The notes under the pieces: model-generated
Told to the model about the DNA's origin: nothing
Seen by the model: only the letters and a program-made list of their open reading frames with translations
Databases searched by the model: none
NCBI GenBank assembly: GCA_964572155.1
Contig: CAZNDZ010000003.1
Location: 138,224-202,223, forward strand
Reading direction: 5' to 3'
DNA: 64,000 nucleotides
From: an uncultured Planctomycetales bacterium
GTDB taxonomy: Bacteria; Omnitrophota; Gorgyraeia; Zapsychrales; Fredricksoniimonadaceae
Translations under genes and position numbers: made by a program
Shown here: in pieces, positions 1-10,240 of the stretch
Layout of the letters: each line of letters opens with the position of its first letter
How positions within the stretch are numbered: position 1 is the stretch's first letter

Positions 1-51
1 ACATGAAAATGTCGATAATGATTTCCGCTTATGGCAATGATTTTAGACATC

Positions 52-1419
52 TTAAACCTTTTCTAATAACTGGTGCTGTTGTAAAAGACTTGCGACTTGA
101 AACAAATCTTTAACTTTAAATCCAGTTTCTTTGGCTATTTGAAGCAATGAATGTTTTCCATCCGCATAAAACATGAGCCACAACATCATATCGACTTGAT
201 TAGCCAAGACTGGCTCATCTGCAACTTTTTGTTTTAAACTACCACCCAATTGTGGATACAAACCCCGCTTGCCAAGCATTGGCTCGCAAAAAGGATGTCG
301 TGAAGTATATGTCCCATCCATCTCAAGCATGTCGATTGCTGATAAATAAAGCTGCAATGTTTTAACTAAATTCTCACCTGACACAAAATCTAAATTATCT
401 TTCGAGGTATGATAATAATCATACTCATAATACTTATCTTTAGCTATCGTACCCGTCGGTATACGAAAATATGGGGCTGAGAATTGGCGTTCATCACTAC
501 CCGCAATATCAAATGGATAGGTCACATATGCTTCCCCTGATTCTTTTAATACTTGATGCGCCACTTGATCCACTTGATGGTCGGACATAAATGAATGCTT
601 ATAACCAAATTTACCCGGACCCGCCACGGTTGTGATCACAAATCCACCAGCGCTATTCTTCATGGCTGCTTCATTTTTATTTAAATATACGATTGCCCCA
701 ATGGTTTCAGGAATGATAATGAAACGATATGAATGACGCAACGTGCGTTGGCTTATTGCCTTAAGGAGCAATGTCCAAAGGATGGGCCCTGATAAGTTAT
801 CATTCGCGAGCGACGGATGGCAACTGTAGGTTGAAATGATATATTCTTTATTCGAACTGCCCTTTAGAATTTTTTCCCCATAGCTCAATGACCCTGGTTT
901 TAACGTCGCATCAATGACCACCTTATAGGTGCCGTTGGTATCTAAGGTTTTAAATTGCTGATGCGTTAAACAAAAACCCCAATCCCTTTTGTAATAGCTC
1001 GTACGATAAGGAATAGCGTCAGGGAGATTTGGTAAATAATGCAAATGCTCTTTTAACTGATCAAAGTGCATGGTTGCATTAACGGGCACACTGTAATTGA
1101 CGACGTGAATATTGCTATCTTTGAATGAAACTATTTTTTTACCCGCAGCATCTTGAATATACGCATCATTAATATTCCATTCATCTGGAACTGTCCAATC
1201 ATAACAAACTGTACCCGAAGGCACTTCTTTCACGTCAAACGGAGCAATGTTTTGTAAATATTGATACGTCTGACGCACCCCATCTCCCGTTAAACTACGG
1301 CAGATTGGAAACAAGTCTTTAAACATCGTATTTGCTTGAGCGATTAAAGATTGCATCGTTTTACTTTCTATATTCATCTTTGGTGATAGCCATGATAATT
1401 TGATCTTCAAATTTACCAT
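52..1419 (-). CDS. Aminopeptidase-like (M28-fold) domain protein of the DUF4910 type seen in sugar/nonulosonic-acid clusters; true start may be an internal Met (1377 or 1356) because the track start overlaps the upstream gene by 58 nt
   Basis: 455-aa ORF; motif run CHPSLANDNLSG characteristic of DUF4910-like proteins; lies in the NeuB/PseB cluster. Confidence 0.5.
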   Translation of the reverse strand: MVNLKIKLSWLSPKMNIESKTMQSLIAQANTMFKDLFPICRSLTGDGVRQTYQYLQNIAPFDVKEVPSGTVCYDWTVPDEWNINDAYIQDAAGKKIVSFKDSNIHVVNYSVPVNATMHFDQLKEHLHYLPNLPDAIPYRTSYYKRDWGFCLTHQQFKTLDTNGTYKVVIDATLKPGSLSYGEKILKGSSNKEYIISTYSCHPSLANDNLSGPILWTLLLKAISQRTLRHSYRFIIIPETIGAIVYLNKNEAAMKNSAGGFVITTVAGPGKFGYKHSFMSDHQVDQVAHQVLKESGEAYVTYPFDIAGSDERQFSAPYFRIPTGTIAKDKYYEYDYYHTSKDNLDFVSGENLVKTLQLYLSAIDMLEMDGTYTSRHPFCEPMLGKRGLYPQLGGSLKQKVADEPVLANQVDMMLWLMFYADGKHSLLQIAKETGFKVKDLFQVASLLQQHQLLEKV

Positions 1420-1906
1420 TAGAAAACAACATGTTCTTTAAACGACCTTCCTCCTTAAAACCCACATTGGCATATGCTTTGATCGCTGCTGCATGATTGG
1501 CATAAACATCTAACAATACTTTATTCAAATTTAACTGGTTAAAAGCATAATTTAATAACAACCCTGTCGCCTCTTGCGCAAAACCTTTACCCCAACTATT
1601 CTTATCCCCAATCAATATCCCCATATACCCATGACGATGCACCCAGTTGATATTGCCCAATTTAATATTACCAATATGTTTTTTCGTATCTTGACGTATG
1701 ATCGCAAACATCACATCGTTTTTGGACACAGAAATATTCTTATAAAAATCGACCAACTGCTCCATATTGGACGGGAAAACCGTACTTATCAAATATTTAG
1801 AGACATCACGGTCATTGAGCCATTTAACATATTCTTTATTCAAGTCTGACTTTTGCAACGCACGCAATAAGACCTTCTTGGTCTTCAAGGTCATTTTATT
1901 TTCCAT
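1361..1906 (-). CDS. GNAT family N-acetyltransferase (RimL/RimJ-like)
   Basis: 181 aa; GNAT core with NWVHRHGYMGILIG...GKGFAQEA...LNYAF arrangement typical of the acetyl-CoA binding fold. Confidence 0.75.
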   Translation of the reverse strand: MENKMTLKTKKVLLRALQKSDLNKEYVKWLNDRDVSKYLISTVFPSNMEQLVDFYKNISVSKNDVMFAIIRQDTKKHIGNIKLGNINWVHRHGYMGILIGDKNSWGKGFAQEATGLLLNYAFNQLNLNKVLLDVYANHAAAIKAYANVGFKEEGRLKNMLFSNGKFEDQIIMAITKDEYRK

Positions 1907-2447
1907 GTGGTCTCCATTCTGACGCTAAGATAGAAAAAACATTCGAATCCCAATATTTTCCTTCATAAAAATAGTTTTGACGCAGCACGCCATCGATTGA
2001 CATGCCCAATCGTTGGTATAATTTTTTCTTTTTATCATCAAAGGAATAAATCTCCGTCCAGATTTTATTTAACCCTAAATCTTTAAAGGCATAGGTAAAT
2101 AGAAGCTCACAACTTTCTTTAGCGTACCCTTTGTCATCAATGTAGGCATCGTTATGCCCAATATATAACGACAAGTCTGCATGACGATATACCCAATGGG
2201 CATACACTAGACCACAACAACCTAATAATAAATTGTCCGACGCCCGCTTAATGCTAAACATGATCGACGTTGCGTCATTATTAACAGCTTTTTCAAACCA
2301 TTGTTCTTGCATGCGATCTGTCAAATACCGATATTCCCTAAAATGTTTTTTCAAATTTTCATTATTTCGCCACGTGCGTAATATTTCAATATCCGCGCGT
2401 TCTACCGCCGTCAAAATGACTTTCTTACCCACCAACATCTTAAACAT
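1896..2447 (-). CDS. GNAT family N-acetyltransferase, PseH-like by position next to the nonulosonic acid synthase
   Basis: 183 aa GNAT-like; overlaps downstream synthase gene by 8 nt; sits where pseH is found in pse clusters. Confidence 0.6.
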   Translation of the reverse strand: MFKMLVGKKVILTAVERADIEILRTWRNNENLKKHFREYRYLTDRMQEQWFEKAVNNDATSIMFSIKRASDNLLLGCCGLVYAHWVYRHADLSLYIGHNDAYIDDKGYAKESCELLFTYAFKDLGLNKIWTEIYSFDDKKKKLYQRLGMSIDGVLRQNYFYEGKYWDSNVFSILASEWRPHGK

Positions 2448-3504
2448 CCCCCTTATTCACACAATCTTGCGCTTTAACATCTTTAAGCAATGCTTTGCCA
2501 ACAATTAGATTTATTTCATACGGTGCCAATGCCCCTTGTGGGATTGGCCTTAAAGGAAAGACATGCGATGCCTCAATGATCGTCCCTTTCTTTAAATCAT
2601 GTGCATAACGCAACGCGCGTTTTTGTAAAACACTCGTCTGCTGTTCATTGTCTTCTATCTTTTTAACCCCATCCCCTAACGCCGCGAATGCTTCATTGGC
2701 ACGATTAACCATTTCTTGCCACTCTGATGGGATAACTGAAAATTTATGATCAGGACCTTCACGCCCACGGTCATCGGTAAAATGTTTTTCAAATACTCTA
2801 GCGCCTAAAGCAATGGCTGCAATCACCGTCGATGGACCATGTGTATGATCGGACAAGCCTAGGATAACATCGTTCCCGTAACGTTGGCTGTACGTCTTTA
2901 AGACATTTAAATTTATGTATTTAAAATTTTTAGGATCAGCAGTGTAATTGGTATTGCATTGCATGAGGACAATTTGATTGTTAACTTCACGTAACGCTGC
3001 CATGGCTTGATCTACTTCATCAAGTGTTGCTGCCCCTGTTGCAATCATGACTGGTTTACCTTTTTTACCGATATGACGGATGATATCAAGCCACGTGATG
3101 TCCCCTGATCCAATCTTATACGCACGCAGATAAGGATCAACATGGTCGACCGATTCCATATCATAAGGCGATGTCATATACTCGATGCCAAGTGCATCAC
3201 AATGTTGTTTTAACTTAAGTGTCCAATCAAAAGACAGGCTCGCATCTTGATATACTTCAAACACAGATTTTTTCCATGATGCCTGATGACTAAATTGCCC
3301 GCCTAATGATTCAAATCCTTTTTGACTGACTATCTTAGCAGCTTGGAAATTCTGGAATTTTGCTGCATGCGCCCCAGAAGCTTTGGCCAAATCAATTAGT
3401 TTCAACGCCCGCGATAGATCACCGTCGTGATTTGCAGCAATATCCGCAATAAAATATGGCGGATGATTTATTCCAATTGTATTTGTTCCAATCTTAATAT
3501 CCAT
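2440..3504 (-). CDS. NeuB/PseI/LegI-family nonulosonic acid (sialic-acid-like) synthase with C-terminal SAF domain
   Basis: 354 aa; N-terminal IADIAANHDGDL...AKFQ signature of NeuB family TIM barrel; C-terminal antifreeze-like SAF domain. Confidence 0.9.
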   Translation of the reverse strand: MDIKIGTNTIGINHPPYFIADIAANHDGDLSRALKLIDLAKASGAHAAKFQNFQAAKIVSQKGFESLGGQFSHQASWKKSVFEVYQDASLSFDWTLKLKQHCDALGIEYMTSPYDMESVDHVDPYLRAYKIGSGDITWLDIIRHIGKKGKPVMIATGAATLDEVDQAMAALREVNNQIVLMQCNTNYTADPKNFKYINLNVLKTYSQRYGNDVILGLSDHTHGPSTVIAAIALGARVFEKHFTDDRGREGPDHKFSVIPSEWQEMVNRANEAFAALGDGVKKIEDNEQQTSVLQKRALRYAHDLKKGTIIEASHVFPLRPIPQGALAPYEINLIVGKALLKDVKAQDCVNKGDV

Positions 3505-3511
3505 AAAATCC

Positions 3512-4645
3512 CTATTTGATAGGTTTTGGTAATGGCGCCGCAGCTAAGATAATGGTGTCCGATAAACGGCCGCGATCAAAAATGTATTGCGCCTCATTCA
3601 TCATGCCACTAAGCAATTTAACCGCACAATCATCTTTTAACCTGTACATTAAATGACTAATCGATTCATAAAAATCCATGCCGTAATACCACGCGCTGAC
3701 AGGTTTAAACCCACTTTGTTCATAGGTACTGATCAAAGAATTCTCTGTAAAGACATTGATATGCCCCATAGGGTCTAAATGCCTAACGACGATATGCGGA
3801 GAAGCTTTTTGCAGGACTGTGCTCATGCAATTCCAATGAGGAACCTCACATACAACCAATCCTTGCCTACCTTTTAGAATCCTATACGCTGAGCTTAATA
3901 ACTCAATAGGGCTGGTGACATGTTCAATCACACCCCAAAATGTGACAATATCAAAGTCACGGTAACGTGCCCAATCTTTGCTGACATCACAATTATCTAA
4001 TTCGAAACCAAAGATATCTTTACAAAATCCGCGACTCGCATCGGACACTTCAATGCCTTGGCTCTTAATGCCTAATTGTCGACACGCATACACAAAATGC
4101 CCTGCCCCTGCCCCAATATCTAAGATAGAGCGCGGTTCACGTCCATATTTTCTTTTATATTGTTCGACGACCCATTTAACTTTAGGGATCGCAATTTGCT
4201 TAATGCGTTCTTTTAGAATACGTTTATTAGTGTATGTCGTGTGGTAGGTTGTGCTGTGGGCGTAGAAATCTTCCACTTCTTCTTTGGAGGGACGATTAAT
4301 GATATAACAATGACCGCATGTGTCACATTGATGATATTTACCGCCGTAAATGGTTACTTGCCATTTGCTTTTCTTTGTCGACTCACGACAAATCGGGCAG
4401 TTAGCCATATGTGGTTTTGGTTTTGCAAAAAACTTCTCGCGCATGGTGCGCATTTTCTTCACAGATGCAATGTAATCTACCGCTTTTGCGGGTTTAAACG
4501 AAAAGATATCCGCATGCTTTCCGGTTTCTACATGCACGGGGTATGAACGTAGTGTTTTGCCTTGGGCATTGGTCAGTTCCCAATGTTCTGTGTCTTGCCC
4601 TGCTCCAAAACCATCGATCGACGTCTTACGGAACCATTTGTTCAT
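3512..4645 (-). CDS. Class I SAM-dependent methyltransferase with N-terminal extension and Cys4 zinc ribbon
   Basis: CPICRES...CDTCGHC zinc ribbon; motif I ILDIGAGAGHF; WGVIEH post-II motif; paralogous to 9347-10240 and 10237-11142. Confidence 0.75.
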   Translation of the reverse strand: MNKWFRKTSIDGFGAGQDTEHWELTNAQGKTLRSYPVHVETGKHADIFSFKPAKAVDYIASVKKMRTMREKFFAKPKPHMANCPICRESTKKSKWQVTIYGGKYHQCDTCGHCYIINRPSKEEVEDFYAHSTTYHTTYTNKRILKERIKQIAIPKVKWVVEQYKRKYGREPRSILDIGAGAGHFVYACRQLGIKSQGIEVSDASRGFCKDIFGFELDNCDVSKDWARYRDFDIVTFWGVIEHVTSPIELLSSAYRILKGRQGLVVCEVPHWNCMSTVLQKASPHIVVRHLDPMGHINVFTENSLISTYEQSGFKPVSAWYYGMDFYESISHLMYRLKDDCAVKLLSGMMNEAQYIFDRGRLSDTIILAAAPLPKPIK

Positions 4646-4647
4646 GC

Positions 4648-5574
4648 TTAATCCTTCCTTAAAATATTAATCATGGATAATCGCTCATTACTTTTATAAT
4701 CACGGATAAAATGCGCAACACTATCTTCTAAAGTAACAACAGACACATTCAAGTCTTTTGCCAACTTGGCCATATTTAATGACAAGTCCTTGCACCGTGG
4801 CGCACGCAGCGGCATTTGATCAACTAAAATGGGCGTAATCAATGTGGCATCTAAATTCATTTTTTTGGCAAGATTAACTAGGAATTCATATTTTGACACG
4901 CACGTGCTGCTTCCAAAATTATATACCCCACTTAGATCTTTAAAGATCATTTGATCAATCAAATCAGCCATATCTTTGGTATATATCGACGAGAAAATTG
5001 CGTCTTTGAATCCTTTTATTTGATTTCCTGCTTTTAATTGATCAATCCCCCACTCTGCAAAACTGCGTTTCTCAATGGTGTTCCAACCAAAAAAATTGGT
5101 TCGTAACGCCAAGGCCCTTGGCAAACCCATTGCCACGCGTTCGCCAGCAAGTTTTGTCTTACCGTACACATTAATGGGGTTAGGCGCATCTGCTTCACTA
5201 AAATTACCTTTTTTTCCGTCGTAAACCAAATCAGTTGAAATATAAATGAGTTTGGTGTTTAATCCGTGCAAGGCTGCCACCACATTTGTGGTCATTTGCA
5301 CATTCGATTGATACGCCATATCTGGATTTTCTTCACATTTATCCACATTGGCTTCTGCTGCCGCGTGAATGACAATGTCAGGCTTTACATCATCGACCAA
5401 AGCCTTTAAATTTTTTGCGTCACCCAAATCCAAAGAACAGATATGCACCCCAACAGCGACGACAGATTTTGAATACGTGATACCAACAATGTCATAACGA
5501 TCACGCAAGCAGAATAATAAATTACTCCCTAATAGACCACTCGCACCGGTTAATAACAGCTTTTTCTTAGACAT
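4648..5574 (-). CDS. RmlD-like NAD(P)-dependent sugar nucleotide reductase (dTDP-4-dehydrorhamnose reductase family)
   Basis: 308 aa; LLTGASGLLGS Rossmann motif; YGKTKLAGE catalytic YxxxK typical of RmlD family. Confidence 0.7.
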   Translation of the reverse strand: MSKKKLLLTGASGLLGSNLLFCLRDRYDIVGITYSKSVVAVGVHICSLDLGDAKNLKALVDDVKPDIVIHAAAEANVDKCEENPDMAYQSNVQMTTNVVAALHGLNTKLIYISTDLVYDGKKGNFSEADAPNPINVYGKTKLAGERVAMGLPRALALRTNFFGWNTIEKRSFAEWGIDQLKAGNQIKGFKDAIFSSIYTKDMADLIDQMIFKDLSGVYNFGSSTCVSKYEFLVNLAKKMNLDATLITPILVDQMPLRAPRCKDLSLNMAKLAKDLNVSVVTLEDSVAHFIRDYKSNERLSMINILRKD

Positions 5575-5580
5575 AAAAAT

Positions 5581-6609
5581 TTAAGGAATATCCCCCATGT
5601 ACCATGGTTCTTTTTCAACCTTATCATCCTCGCCAGCTTTCTCCGCTAGGACGCGCAATTGTTCGACGGTGAGCCATTCTTTATTATTACCGGAATCATA
5701 TCGGAATGAATCTGCACATTGTTTACCGCCAGCTTTAACCAATGCTTGGCGAGCCCCTTCATTAGCTTGCACGATAAAACAATCACGAAACTCCACAATA
5801 TTACGGGCCTCATCTTCGCTAATCAAACATTCGTGTATCTTTTCACCTGGACGAATACCAATGTCTTTTTGTTTACAACCTGGCGCAACGGCTGTTGCTA
5901 AATCGGTAATCTTCATGGATGGGATTTTAGGAACAAAGATTTCGCCGCCTTGTGTTTTTTCTAAAGATGCCAACACAAATTCAACAGCGCGACCAATGGT
6001 AATCCAAAACCGAGTCATTTTCATGTGGGTGATGGGTACTTCACCAGCTTGCGCTTTAGCTTTGAAGAAAGGGATAACGGAACCACGGCTACCAAGCACA
6101 TTGCCATAACGCACGACGGAGAATTTAGTTTTATGTTGGCCGCTGTATACATGCGCCGCTACAAATAACTTATCGGAACACAACTTGGTTGCCCCATATA
6201 AGTTGATGGGATTAACCGCTTTATCTGTTGAAAGCGCCACAACGGTTTTAACATTATTGGCAATGGCCGCTTCGGTGACATTGACAGCGCCCATGATATT
6301 GGTTTTAATGCATTCATATGGATTATATTCTGCGGCAGGGATTTGTTTTAAGGCCGCAGCGTGAATGACATAATCAACCCCATTAAAAGCATGATTCAAA
6401 CGATCGCGATCCCGCACATCCCCTAAGAAATAACGCATGAACGGATATTTTTCTTGGCTCCAATATTGCTGCATTTCAAATTGCTTTAACTCATCACGAC
6501 TAAAAATAATCAACTTCTCGGGTGTGTACTTTGCAATGATGGTCTTAACTAACATTTTCCCGAGGGACCCAGTTCCACCGGTGATTAAAATAACTTTACC
6601 GTTTAACAT
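5581..6609 (-). CDS. pseB: UDP-N-acetylglucosamine 4,6-dehydratase (inverting), PseB/FlaA1 family
   Basis: 342 aa; ILITGGTGSLGK, YGATKLCSDKLF, FSVVRYGNVLGSRGSVIPFF, near full-length colinear similarity to Helicobacter FlaA1/PseB recalled from memory. Confidence 0.88.
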   Translation of the reverse strand: MLNGKVILITGGTGSLGKMLVKTIIAKYTPEKLIIFSRDELKQFEMQQYWSQEKYPFMRYFLGDVRDRDRLNHAFNGVDYVIHAAALKQIPAAEYNPYECIKTNIMGAVNVTEAAIANNVKTVVALSTDKAVNPINLYGATKLCSDKLFVAAHVYSGQHKTKFSVVRYGNVLGSRGSVIPFFKAKAQAGEVPITHMKMTRFWITIGRAVEFVLASLEKTQGGEIFVPKIPSMKITDLATAVAPGCKQKDIGIRPGEKIHECLISEDEARNIVEFRDCFIVQANEGARQALVKAGGKQCADSFRYDSGNNKEWLTVEQLRVLAEKAGEDDKVEKEPWYMGDIP

Positions 6610-7162
6610 CTAATCCTCCTGTTTCATTTTTGGCCAATTCCATGATCAAATGGACATAACGGCCTTTTACATCCAATTCATTTTCCTTAATCTCTTTACA
6701 AATCAAGATTGTCCCTTGAACCTCACCCTTTGGAAAATCATCGACGTGATGCGCCTGAACATCAACGCAACTATTTTCCTTGAACACCACATCAATCAAA
6801 AAAGCCAAATCTGATTTTCCAACAACATAAAAAATCCGCTCTCCTTGGTTGTAGAGCGGCAATAAAATGCTTTTTAAGTTTTCTTTGATGAGTGAAATCG
6901 AGTTGATGGTTTTAAGCGTATAATTGACCGACTTACGCATCTTCTCCGCAAAGCCCTTGGGGGTCAAGATATACTGAATTTTACGCTTATTGAGCTGTTG
7001 AATACGAATATAACCCTTAGTGACCAAACGCTTTATCAACATATTGGTCATCCCAAGCGACATATCCATTTGATGCGATAAATCCCGCTGATTGTGCGCC
7101 AACTTGGCACCAACTATATTAACTAATTCAAACTCGCGCTCGTTTAGGATATCTTTTGGCAT
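6596..7162 (-). CDS. Winged-helix (MarR/ArsR-like) transcriptional regulator with C-terminal domain of unknown function
   Basis: 188 aa; N-terminal HTH-like segment LSHQMDMSLGMTNMLIKRLVTKGYI; a 15-bp perfect palindrome sits just upstream of its start. Confidence 0.55.
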   Translation of the reverse strand: MPKDILNEREFELVNIVGAKLAHNQRDLSHQMDMSLGMTNMLIKRLVTKGYIRIQQLNKRKIQYILTPKGFAEKMRKSVNYTLKTINSISLIKENLKSILLPLYNQGERIFYVVGKSDLAFLIDVVFKENSCVDVQAHHVDDFPKGEVQGTILICKEIKENELDVKGRYVHLIMELAKNETGGLDVKR

Positions 7163-7172
7163 AAGGGCTTGT

Positions 7173-7187
7173 GTTCAATTATTGAAC
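7173..7187. promoter_or_regulatory. Perfect 15-bp palindrome GTTCAATTATTGAAC, candidate operator immediately upstream of the wHTH regulator gene; a TATAAT hexamer lies just upstream on the minus strand
   Basis: Read directly; position 11-25 nt upstream of the minus-strand ATG at 7162. Confidence 0.45.
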
Positions 7188-7241
7188 GATAGATTATAAA
7201 TCGTTTGTGGCGCCTGTCAAGAATAACATTGAGATACCAAG

Positions 7242-9347
7242 CTAAAAGCTACGCAAGACAAATACAAACAATAAAGCAAAACCCAAAATAGAAAAAAATA
7301 TCATCAAAAACAACATATTATCAGAAAAACGTAGCTCATATTGATGCCACCCTTGCATCGGAGAAACCTGAAGCATTCCAAATGGACCTTCTTTTACAGA
7401 TTGTCCTATTTCTTGATGATCTATGTATAATCTCCAATCTTTATGATAATTCGAACTTATTAAAATTTCTTGTCCTTCAAAGTTGCCCTCCCATTTTAAC
7501 CGACTTGGCACATAGGATGAAAGCATCACATTCTTTAAGGGAACATCATTTAATGCATCAAACAACACTTGATCGGGATTGGTCTGTTGCTGAATATACT
7601 TTAATGCTGCCCTTGGAATGCTCATCACCCGAGAAGATGTGTTCTTCAAACGATACTGATACCACGTTTTTGTTAAAACCTTCTTATGAAGAATGCTGAA
7701 TTCTTCCGAATACTTCACTTGCTTCTCATCGACAGGGATAAAATCATCTAAATGCAGTGGTGTTTGGGAACGAATGAACTCAACATTATTAAATTTCAAC
7801 CACTTGATAACATTTGGACTCCCCATCTCATATGTCAACTCCATACGATTATTCCAGCTCCTAAATGAGCAGGGATCTTTATCCGTGAGGACATACTTAA
7901 TCCAATTTGCTGCGTCGTTACCATTATAAAAAACAGAAACGCCATCAAACGTCTCTTGATTCTTGATAGAAGCTTGAGCAGAAAAGAAGCGTAATGGGAA
8001 ACAGTTATCTGAAACAGTCACAACACGAGATGGAACAACGTGATGGTCATAGGTAAATGGATCTAAATGCAAATATCCATAAGGTGCTGTTTCTGAGATG
8101 TAATAAAAAATTTTAAAAGGTGCCAAGAAGATCAACGCCAACAAGACCAACTTTATGCCATTGGTTGCGTACTTTAGAAAATCAAATAAAATACAAAGAC
8201 TTGAAAAAATCCCTAAAAAAATCAAGTATTTACCGTCGATCAATGGTCGATCTGGCCATAATAGGCTAGCTGATAATACCGCACAAACAACGATTTTAAC
8301 CACCCCAATCATAATCTTAAGAGGCCGATTATCTAGCGGAACTCGCTCTATCAAATAGACCGCCAAGAGCATCCAGAGGAAATTAATGAAATAATACCCT
8401 CTGCCCCATGCAAACGAGAACTTACTTAAAAATGGAATACCTGATAAGAGCGTACTTTGCGAAACAATCACAGCAATCGATACAATCAAAGCCAATAAAA
8501 TGAGAGCTTTAATGTTTTTCCAAAAGTTAAATAAAATAATAATACATAAACAAGGCACAATGATCTGCGCATGTTTCAAATAACCCATCAATGATTTAAA
8601 GCTAAATACCGGCGGAAGCGCCTCCCATAATACCCTGTTAGAATGAGCCCACTGTGAAGCGAAAGCTAAAAGATTGGGTAGATATAAGACTGCAAAAACA
8701 CCCCAAAACATCATGGAGAAACTAATATTCTTAAATCTAGTGTTCTTGTCTGATAGAAAGAAAACAACGATGCCATGCATGAGTGGCAACATGGGGACTG
8801 TATAGGGAGGATACATGAGCAACAACGCAAGCATTAAGAAACTAATCCTAATTCTCCAGTCGATGGGATGCTTCCCATGCGTTGTTAATGCCACAACCAA
8901 CGGCAATAGTGGTACTAAGATGACAAATGGGTTCTCATTAAACCAATAGAACAACGATAAGCTAATCAAACTACCATATAGTGCGGTTAGATGCCTAAAC
9001 CCAAGAAAATTAAAACAAAACATGTACGTTCCCGTCAGGATAAACGCATCTAAAATGATTTGAAAAATCGTATAAGATAAAGACGCCGGTAAGAATGCTG
9101 ACAATAAACTACACAAATGCTGCGGATGAACTGTTTCTAAATATGCTGGCCACCCTCGCATGATCGAGGCATTCCATGCATTATCAAAAGGATGCCGCCA
9201 AAACTCTCCCCCATGTTGAAACTTTGCAATGAGGATATCTGCCACATCAATTAAACGTACAGAAGCTGCCTCGCCTAAAATCAATCGATCTAAATTAAGC
9301 GCAATGGCAACAACAATAAGACAAAAGAGGACTTTATGAAGTTTCAT
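7242..9347 (-). CDS. Large polytopic membrane protein with C-terminal soluble domain, GT-C-like (YfhO/PMT-like architecture), paralog A
   Basis: 701 aa; more than 10 hydrophobic helices followed by ~280-aa hydrophilic C-terminal domain; about 45 percent identical by eye to 11923-14025 over the full length. Confidence 0.55.
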   Translation of the reverse strand: MKLHKVLFCLIVVAIALNLDRLILGEAASVRLIDVADILIAKFQHGGEFWRHPFDNAWNASIMRGWPAYLETVHPQHLCSLLSAFLPASLSYTIFQIILDAFILTGTYMFCFNFLGFRHLTALYGSLISLSLFYWFNENPFVILVPLLPLVVALTTHGKHPIDWRIRISFLMLALLLMYPPYTVPMLPLMHGIVVFFLSDKNTRFKNISFSMMFWGVFAVLYLPNLLAFASQWAHSNRVLWEALPPVFSFKSLMGYLKHAQIIVPCLCIIILFNFWKNIKALILLALIVSIAVIVSQSTLLSGIPFLSKFSFAWGRGYYFINFLWMLLAVYLIERVPLDNRPLKIMIGVVKIVVCAVLSASLLWPDRPLIDGKYLIFLGIFSSLCILFDFLKYATNGIKLVLLALIFLAPFKIFYYISETAPYGYLHLDPFTYDHHVVPSRVVTVSDNCFPLRFFSAQASIKNQETFDGVSVFYNGNDAANWIKYVLTDKDPCSFRSWNNRMELTYEMGSPNVIKWLKFNNVEFIRSQTPLHLDDFIPVDEKQVKYSEEFSILHKKVLTKTWYQYRLKNTSSRVMSIPRAALKYIQQQTNPDQVLFDALNDVPLKNVMLSSYVPSRLKWEGNFEGQEILISSNYHKDWRLYIDHQEIGQSVKEGPFGMLQVSPMQGWHQYELRFSDNMLFLMIFFSILGFALLFVFVLRSF

Positions 9348-10240
9348 TAATTCAATGGTTTGCGATAAATGGCAAACAACTCGCCTGGCAAAGCCAGTGT
9401 CATCGAGAAATCAGGAGAAAAAAGTTTTTTAATGATAGGAAAAGTAAACTTACAAACCGCTGGATACCGCCCCATGGATAACATGATGGCATCGCGAGAC
9501 ATTTGAGCAGGATAAGTACCAATCCATGCTTTTTCATAACCAGCCTCGACAAAAAGCTTCGTTAACGATCGTTTGCTAAAATCTTGGATGTGCTGCCCTT
9601 GAATGTTCCACCATTTCTTACCTAAAATTTTCGAACACAAACCATCCACATCCCCTGTCCACATCGCAACAATACCACCTGGTTTAAGTAACCGGAACAT
9701 TTCACGCACTTCCAAACGAGGATTCTCAAAATGTTCAATGACCCCCCACAAGGTGATCACATCATATGTTGGGCCTTGATCAAATTGGGAAAGAAACTTG
9801 GAATGCACGGTAAAACCTTTTGAACGTGCTAAATCTGCAGACCATGTTGAAAGTTCTAAACCTTCTGGCTGATAAAACTCTTTGGCCACCGTCATAAAAT
9901 CACCTGTGGCACAACCAATGTCCAAGAGCTTGCCCTTAGGCACAAACGTTGTTAATGTTGCACATAACTTTTTTGAGGTGGCAAGACGAGACTTTTGATG
10001 GCGCAAATAAGCTTGATCTTCGACGGAAACATAATTCTTCCAAATATTGACTGGCAATGGTGTGCTATACACATGCGTACATCTAAGACAACGAACCGTT
10101 TGATAGCCTAACGAATGACTGGGAGTAAAGTTATAATCAAAATTTGGAGTTCTGCCATTCAATGTTTCTGGATATAGTACTTTATACTCCGTAGATTGAC
10201 ACACGCCACATGGAACATCTTTTAATTGATCAACGGTCAT
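9347..10240 (-). CDS. Class I SAM-dependent methyltransferase with N-terminal Cys4 zinc ribbon
   Basis: CGVCQS...CLRCTHV; LDIGCATGDF motif I; WGVIEH; LLKPGGIV. Confidence 0.75.
   Translation of the reverse strand: MTVDQLKDVPCGVCQSTEYKVLYPETLNGRTPNFDYNFTPSHSLGYQTVRCLRCTHVYSTPLPVNIWKNYVSVEDQAYLRHQKSRLATSKKLCATLTTFVPKGKLLDIGCATGDFMTVAKEFYQPEGLELSTWSADLARSKGFTVHSKFLSQFDQGPTYDVITLWGVIEHFENPRLEVREMFRLLKPGGIVAMWTGDVDGLCSKILGKKWWNIQGQHIQDFSKRSLTKLFVEAGYEKAWIGTYPAQMSRDAIMLSMGRYPAVCKFTFPIIKKLFSPDFSMTLALPGELFAIYRKPLN

Noticed and set aside
1-51. Possible 35-codon plus-strand ORF starting at nt 3 and running into the first minus-strand gene
   Set aside because: Overlaps the 3-prime end of the 52-1419 gene. 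No support; likely chance ORF in window edge.
1574-1849. 91-aa plus-strand ORF
   Set aside because: Lies entirely antisense inside the well-supported GNAT gene. No motifs; typical shadow ORF.
5597-6109. 170-aa plus-strand ORF
   Set aside because: Antisense to pseB, which has near full-length family similarity. Ser/Pro-rich low-complexity translation.
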